A stretch of DNA of 32,000 nucleotides from Propionibacterium ruminifibrarum (GTDB taxonomy: Bacteria; Actinomycetota; Actinomycetes; Propionibacteriales; Propionibacteriaceae), in the NCBI RefSeq assembly GCF_900289195.1, contig NZ_OMOH01000003.1:266697-298696 (forward strand), written 5' to 3'. The translations under genes were made by a program, and so were the position numbers. Below are positions 26,773 through 32,000 of the stretch, in pieces. The notes under the pieces are model-generated. The model worked only from the letters and a program-made list of their open reading frames with translations, ran no database searches and was not told where the DNA came from. The stretch's first letter is position 1; each line of letters begins with the position of its first letter.

Positions 26773-28698
26773 TCAGCTCCTTGCCGGTGGTGATGTCGGG
26801 TGGGTCGCGGCCCGGCGGGCGGTGCGGGCCAGGCCGGCCAGTTCGTCGGCGCGCAGCTCCTCGAGGGTCAGGCAGCGCGCCCCGAGGGCCGCGGCCAGGC
26901 CGGCGGCGGCCCGGGTGCGACGCCCGGCGGTGTGCTCGGTGTCGACGACCAGCCAGGTGCAGCCGTTGCCGGCGAGGCGGGCGGCCACCGTGATCGTCTC
27001 GTCCTGGGCGCCGCGGCTGACCCGGCCGTCGAGCCCCACATTGGCGCGGCCGTCGGTGACGACGATGACGATCTGCCGCTGGCCGGGGTTCGTCGCGCGC
27101 AGCGAGGCGGCCAGCCCGTCGGCGGCGAGCAGCCCCGCCGACAGCGGGGTGCGCCCGCCCACCGGCATCCGGCGCAGGCGTTGCTCGGCCAGCTCCACCG
27201 ATGAGGTGGGTGGCACGAGGACCTCGGCCCCCGTGTCGCGGAAGGTGACGAGCGCCACCTGGTCGCGGCGGACGTAGGAGTCGAGCAGCAGGCTCAGCAC
27301 GGCGCCCTTGGAGGCGACCATGCGCCCGCGGGCGCCCATCGAACCGGAGGCGTCCACGACGAGGATCACCGCCGAACCGACCTGAGTGGTGCGCACCGCC
27401 TGTCGCCAGTCGTCCGGTTCGACGATGACGGCCAGGTTGCGGCGCGGGTCGCCGGGCCCGAGACCGGCCCGCCGGTCCCGCTGGTGCGGGGCCGCGGCGC
27501 GCAGCGTCGCGTCGAGGGCCAGGCGGCGCGCGTCCCGGCCGGGGCGTGCCGTGACGTAGTGGCCGCGCCCGTCGCCGCTGATCGTCTCCTGGCGGCGTCC
27601 CGAGCCGGTGCGCGGGACCTGGTCGGGGCCGATCCGCAGGTCGCGGACGGTGAAGGTCTCGCCGATCTCGGCGGTCCGCTCCGGGGCCGGTCCGGGCGGG
27701 CTGTCCCGGGCCCCATGGTCCTGCTGCTGGTCGGGGCCGGTTTCGGGCTCGCCGCGCTGCTCGCCCGGGGCGTCCTGGTGGGGCCGGTCCGGGTTCTGCG
27801 GTGCCGGGGGAGTGGGCGGTGCCGCGCGGCGTCGGTGGGCCAGAACGAACTCGGCGACGGCTTCGACGTCCTCGGCCGTGGCCTCGGTGCGGGCGGCCAG
27901 GGCGGCCTCGGCCCGGGCCGCCCGGGCCATGACGACATCGGCGCGGTGCCCGGCGCACCCGGCCCGACGGCACACGTCGACGATCATGTCCCGCACCGGA
28001 CTCGGCAGCCCGACGCGGGGCGCCAGCGCGCGGGCCTCGCGCAGGCGCCCGGCGAGGGCCTCCTCCTGCGGCGCCCACCGGGCGAGGAAACCGTCCGGGT
28101 CGGCGTCGAAGTCCAGACGCCGCCGGATCACCTCGACGCGGGCCCCGGGATCGGTCTCGCCCCGCACGTCGACGCACAGGCCGAAGCGGTCGAGCAGCTG
28201 CGGGCGGAGCGCCCCCTCCTCGGGGTTCATCGAGCCCACCAGCGAGAACGCCGTCTCCTGGCTCGCCGACAGGCCCTCGCGTTCGACCCGCAGCAGGCCG
28301 GAGGCGGCCGCGTCGAGCAGCAGGTCGACGAGGTGGTCGTCGAGCAGGTTCACCTCGTCGACGTAGCAGATGCCGCCATCGACCTCGGTCAGCAGTCCGG
28401 GCATCAGCCGCGGCGCACCGCCCGCCAGGGTCGCCTCCAGGTCGAGCCCGCCGACCACCCGGTCCTCGGTGGCGCCCAGCGCGAGGGTGCGCACCCGGCC
28501 CGACGGCAGCAGGGCGGCCAGGGAGCGGACGATCGTCGACTTCGCGGTGCCCTTCTCGCCGCGCAGCAGCACCCCGCCGATCCCGGGCGAGACGGCCACC
28601 AGTTCGAGGGCGTGCCGCATCGCCGTCTGACCGACGACGGCGGTGAACGGGTACAGCGGGGCCCCCGCGGGCGGCCCGGCCGGGGCGCGGGGGCTCAC
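26773..28698 (-). CDS. chlD: ChlD/BchD-type chelatase subunit (AAA+ N-domain, Pro-rich linker, C-terminal VWA domain)
   Basis: GTG 28698 overlaps the cobN stop (GTGA). PLYPFTAVVGQTAM...LRGEKGTAKST...CYVDEVNLL. Linker PPTPPAPQNPDRP. VWA MIDAS motif VVDASGSMG...TDGRAN. The track ORF 26773..31593 extends spuriously out of frame through cobN. Confidence 0.85.
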   Translation of the reverse strand: MSPRAPAGPPAGAPLYPFTAVVGQTAMRHALELVAVSPGIGGVLLRGEKGTAKSTIVRSLAALLPSGRVRTLALGATEDRVVGGLDLEATLAGGAPRLMPGLLTEVDGGICYVDEVNLLDDHLVDLLLDAAASGLLRVEREGLSASQETAFSLVGSMNPEEGALRPQLLDRFGLCVDVRGETDPGARVEVIRRRLDFDADPDGFLARWAPQEEALAGRLREARALAPRVGLPSPVRDMIVDVCRRAGCAGHRADVVMARAARAEAALAARTEATAEDVEAVAEFVLAHRRRAAPPTPPAPQNPDRPHQDAPGEQRGEPETGPDQQQDHGARDSPPGPAPERTAEIGETFTVRDLRIGPDQVPRTGSGRRQETISGDGRGHYVTARPGRDARRLALDATLRAAAPHQRDRRAGLGPGDPRRNLAVIVEPDDWRQAVRTTQVGSAVILVVDASGSMGARGRMVASKGAVLSLLLDSYVRRDQVALVTFRDTGAEVLVPPTSSVELAEQRLRRMPVGGRTPLSAGLLAADGLAASLRATNPGQRQIVIVVTDGRANVGLDGRVSRGAQDETITVAARLAGNGCTWLVVDTEHTAGRRTRAAAGLAAALGARCLTLEELRADELAGLARTARRAATHPTSPPARS

Positions 28699-31600
28699 TG
28701 CGGTTCGGTCCCGTCGCCCTCCAGGGCGGCCTCGAGGTCGAAACCCATCGCGTCGAGTGCGTCGAGCCGGTGCTCGTCGGCGGCCCACAGGCCGCGCTCG
28801 GAGGTCTCGGTGAGGCGCTGGGCGATGTCGGCCGCCGCGTGCGGGTTGTTGGCGACCAGACGTTCGCGCATCTGCTCGTCGCCGATGTAGCGGTCGAACA
28901 CCTCGTCGAACATCCAGTCCTCGACCTGCCCCGTCGTCGCCGCCAGCCCGACCAGGTTCGTGACCCGTTTGGAGATCTCGGTGCCGCCACGGTGCCGGTG
29001 GGCGAGCATGGCGTCCTGCCAGTCCGGGTTGAACAGCCGGGTGCGCAGGCCGTCGGCGGTGGCCTCGCCCGCGGTGCTCGTGTGCACCGCGGCGCCACTG
29101 GTGTCGGCGACCAGGGTCAGGGGGCGTTCGCCGCGCACCTGCGCCACGGCCGCCGAGAAACCGCCCAGGTACTCGAAGTAGTGGTCCAAGTCGGTGATGG
29201 CGTACTCGTTCGAGGACCGCACCTGCGAGACCACCTCGACCCGCCTCAGGTTCGTGGCGTAGAGCCCGTCGACGCGTTCCCCGGACCGGCGGCGCGAGTA
29301 GACGTGGTCGTTGGCGTGGGTGAACTCGTGCGCCAGGTCCTCGGTGCCGTCCCACTCGCCCGCCTCGACGGTGTCGGTCATGCCGGTCCCGTAGTAGCTG
29401 CTGGCCGGCCCGAAGATCCGGCTGCCGGCCAGCTCGCCGGCCTCGTCGGCGTCGTGGCCGCCGGCGATGAGCTCGGCGCGCAGGGCGCGCGCCGAGGCGG
29501 CGATCGGGTTGATCTCGGCCGGTTCGTCGAGGGCGGCGATGGCCGCCACCAGCTCGTCCAGCTCGGCGATGAGGCCCGAGAAGAGGTCGCGGAAGAAGCC
29601 GCAGATCGTCACGACGACGTCGACGCGCGGCGCGGTGAGCTCTGCGGCCGGGATCGGTTCGAAGCGCGGGCGTCCGGGCCGGGGCCGGGCCACCGGGCGG
29701 GCGCCCAGCAGCGACAGGATCTGCGCGAAGGCCTCGCCCTGGGTCCGGGTGGTCTCCAGCCCCCACAGGACGACGCCGACGCAGCGCGGTTCGGCGCCGT
29801 CGTGCTCGGCGCGCCAGGCGGCGCGGACGTCCTCGGCGATGCGCTCGCCGCGGCGCCGGGCCACCGGGGTGGGGATGCGGCGCGGGTCGAACTGGTAGAC
29901 GCCGTGGCCGGACGGCATGATCTGCGGGTCGCGGATGACGTCGCCGCCCAGCCGGGCGGTGAGGTGCCGGCCGGTGAGCGCCCGGTGCAGCCCATCCCAT
30001 TCGTCGTTGCGGCCGAGGGTCGACCTGAGTTCGCGGGCCCGTGCCGCCAGGGCGCCGAGCGCCTCGTCCCCCCGCGGGCGGGCCGGTGCCGCGTCTGAGG
30101 CCAGGCCGAGCATCTCGGCGACCTGTGGTGGCATGCCGGCCGCGGGCGCCCCGGCCCCGGGCCGGTCGCCGGCCGCCGGGGCGGCCGGTTCCGGCGCGTC
30201 GAGCGCCTCGTCGATCAGTCGCGTCGCCAGGGCGCGCAGCCCGGCGAGTTCGGTGCGCGGCAGCCGGTCGAGCGAGTCCGGGTCCAGGCCCTGCGCCTCC
30301 GCGACGACCTCGACGGCCGGCGGCAGCTCGGCGCCGCCGTGCCCGAGGGCGCCGTGCACCATCGTGCGGGTCTGTTCCGGGGTCCACGCCCGGCCGAAGA
30401 CGTGCAGCCCCATCGGCGTCAGCGACTGCGCCAGGCGGTCCAGGTGGGGCTCCAGTTCGTCCGGATCGGTGGGCAGGTGCTCGGCCTCCGCGCGCCTGCG
30501 CACCTCCTCGAGCAGCTCCCCGCTCGTCGCCGGCGACAGCGCGAGGCTGCGCCGGTACTCGGCCACCAGTTCGTCCAGCTCGGCGAGCGTGTCGTGCAGC
30601 CCGCCGGGCACCATCGCCACCGGCTGGTAGCTGACGATCTGAGCGTGCGAGCGGCGCACCGCGATGAGCCCCTCGGCCGGGTTCCCGGCGTAGTAGAGGT
30701 AGACGTGCGGCACGGAGCCCATCATGATGTCCGGGTAGCAGCGGGTGCTCACCGCGTTCTCCTTGCCCCCCAGGAACTCCAGCGTCCCGTGCGTGCCGAC
30801 GTGGACGACGACGTCCGGGCGCCACACGCTCTGCAGCCAGGTGTAGAACGCCAGGTACTGCGGATGGGGCGGGGCCGTCTTGTCGTGGGCCTGGGAGTCG
30901 GCCGTCGCACCGCCGCCGCGCCCGGGCTGGATGCCGACCAGGGCATTGCCGAACTCGAGGGCCGGGATGATGAAGTCGCCCTCCGGCGTCGTCATCGGGG
31001 CGGCCGGCCCGTCGGCCGGCCACGCCTGGTCGACCTGCGCCCAGGCCCGCTCGTCGCCGAGGTCGGCCCGCGCCTGCGCCCGCGGGTAGACGAACGGGGC
31101 GTCCGGGGCGTCGAACCGGGGCGAGTTCACGGCCCGGGACAGCAACTGGTCCAGCAGCTCGTCGGGCTCGGGCGTGCCCACCCGGTAGCCGGTGCGTGCC
31201 AGCTCGGCGAGGATTGCCGACATCGAGGCGGCGACGTCGAGGAAGGAGCCGCCCAGCAGCCTGCTCTCGCCGGCCGGGTAGTCGTAGCCGATGATCGCCA
31301 CGCGCGCCTCGGCCGGGTCGAGGCGCCGCAGCCGCAGCAGACCTGCGACGCGTCCGGCCAGGCGGTCGACCTGCTCGGGGATCGGGGTGAGCGCGTTGAG
31401 GGCGACCCCGTAGCGCTCGTCGACACGCGGGGCGCTCATCGCGGCCACCGGGATCTCGTCGATGCAGCCGTCGAGCTCCGGCAGCATCATCGACACCATC
31501 ACCTTGGCCGGGCTCAGCCCGGAGGCGGCCCGGAGCCAGTCCTCGATCGTGATGCGGGTCAGCAGGATCGGGTGCACGTGCGCGGCGCCCCACTCGTTGA

Positions 31601-32000
31601 GCAGTTCCGCCCCTGCGCCCGCCCTGCCGCCGCCGTAACTCGTGCCCAGCCGCAGGCTGAGCATGTTCACGACGACATCGGGTACGATGCCGGCCTCGCC
31701 CATGAGGCGCCGCAGGTCGTCGACCGTGCGGGTGGCGTTGCGCACCGCCAGCGGCAGCACCCAGCAGTGCGCGCCGAGCGCCTCGGCGACCGCCCTCGTC
31801 GCGGCCGTCGAGTCGATCGGGTAGCCGTCGCCGGGGTACAGCACGAGTGCGATCTGCCGGTCGCCGGGCCCGCCGACGGCCTCGATGTAGCGCCTCACGT
31901 CGGTGAATTCGCGCCCGCCCGCCAGGTCGACCGCGACGACGCCGTCGGCCGGGTACTCGGCCGACGTCACCACGACCTCGGGGTGGCCGCCGTACTCGTG
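28695..32000 (-). CDS. cobN: cobaltochelatase CobN (large chelatase subunit), 5' end beyond the window
   Basis: More than 1100 aa in frame to the right edge; the frame stays open upstream of the track's GTG 31973. CobN/ChlH motifs HVGTHGTLEFLGGKENAVS, VPHVYLYYAGNPAEG and GFFRD. Confidence 0.9.
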   Translation of the reverse strand, partial: HEYGGHPEVVVTSAEYPADGVVAVDLAGGREFTDVRRYIEAVGGPGDRQIALVLYPGDGYPIDSTAATRAVAEALGAHCWVLPLAVRNATRTVDDLRRLMGEAGIVPDVVVNMLSLRLGTSYGGGRAGAGAELLNEWGAAHVHPILLTRITIEDWLRAASGLSPAKVMVSMMLPELDGCIDEIPVAAMSAPRVDERYGVALNALTPIPEQVDRLAGRVAGLLRLRRLDPAEARVAIIGYDYPAGESRLLGGSFLDVAASMSAILAELARTGYRVGTPEPDELLDQLLSRAVNSPRFDAPDAPFVYPRAQARADLGDERAWAQVDQAWPADGPAAPMTTPEGDFIIPALEFGNALVGIQPGRGGGATADSQAHDKTAPPHPQYLAFYTWLQSVWRPDVVVHVGTHGTLEFLGGKENAVSTRCYPDIMMGSVPHVYLYYAGNPAEGLIAVRRSHAQIVSYQPVAMVPGGLHDTLAELDELVAEYRRSLALSPATSGELLEEVRRRAEAEHLPTDPDELEPHLDRLAQSLTPMGLHVFGRAWTPEQTRTMVHGALGHGGAELPPAVEVVAEAQGLDPDSLDRLPRTELAGLRALATRLIDEALDAPEPAAPAAGDRPGAGAPAAGMPPQVAEMLGLASDAAPARPRGDEALGALAARARELRSTLGRNDEWDGLHRALTGRHLTARLGGDVIRDPQIMPSGHGVYQFDPRRIPTPVARRRGERIAEDVRAAWRAEHDGAEPRCVGVVLWGLETTRTQGEAFAQILSLLGARPVARPRPGRPRFEPIPAAELTAPRVDVVVTICGFFRDLFSGLIAELDELVAAIAALDEPAEINPIAASARALRAELIAGGHDADEAGELAGSRIFGPASSYYGTGMTDTVEAGEWDGTEDLAHEFTHANDHVYSRRRSGERVDGLYATNLRRVEVVSQVRSSNEYAITDLDHYFEYLGGFSAAVAQVRGERPLTLVADTSGAAVHTSTAGEATADGLRTRLFNPDWQDAMLAHRHRGGTEISKRVTNLVGLAATTGQVEDWMFDEVFDRYIGDEQMRERLVANNPHAAADIAQRLTETSERGLWAADEHRLDALDAMGFDLEAALEGDGTEPQ

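Noticed and set aside
28770-30634. Plus-strand ORFs (28770..30098, 29917..30630, 30041..30634) antisense to cobN
   Set aside because: They have low-complexity shadow-frame composition, and cobN on the minus strand is well supported.
28699-31593. Upstream about 965 codons of the 1606-aa ORF 26773..31593, and upstream part of the 1105-aa ORF 25781..29098
   Set aside because: They are same-strand, out-of-frame Arg/Pro/Gly-rich extensions running through cobN and chlD. The true starts are GTG 28698 (chlD) and ATG 26767 (chlI), immediately before the conserved YPF..VGQ motif.

Overview
High-GC actinobacterial chromosomal window, mostly conserved housekeeping operons. Many adjacent genes are coupled by 4-nt ATGA or GTGA start/stop overlaps.

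Left to right:
- The 5' end of a fructosamine-kinase-like gene (-).
- A 170-aa protein with ADP-ribosyltransferase-like motifs.
- Mycothione reductase coupled to a GH3 lipoprotein.
- A 250-bp intergenic array of five periodic GC-rich repeats.
- A TPP riboswitch driving thiM-thiE-thiD-tenA.
- On the minus strand, pstB and a fused pstC-pstA permease with no pstS. These follow mshD (apparently frameshifted at a G7 run), ppk1 and a NUDIX/histidine-phosphatase gene.
- A roughly 2-kb islet of lower GC (about 55-57% in the two lines I counted). It holds a DUF3841-like gene, an apparently C-terminally truncated DUF4253-like gene and 0.5 kb of non-coding DNA.
- Two uncharacterised genes, then glnR, dtd, a small leaderless membrane ORF, nitrobindin, ygfZ, typA and a membrane protein.
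- A CsoR/CstR-type module: a small Cys-rich protein, a CoA-disulfide reductase-rhodanese fusion and the repressor, with two ATACCC-N4-GGGTAT operators.
- A cobN-chlD-chlI chelatase operon running off the right edge.

I find no clear-cut new multi-gene system. The best candidates for follow-up are the low-GC islet of immunity-type domain proteins, the orphan ART-like protein, the periodic repeat array, the mshD frameshift and the extended CstR-type regulon. All family assignments come from reading motifs by eye and need HMM or BLAST confirmation. Most long Arg/Pro/Gly-rich ORFs in the six-frame track are high-GC shadow frames.
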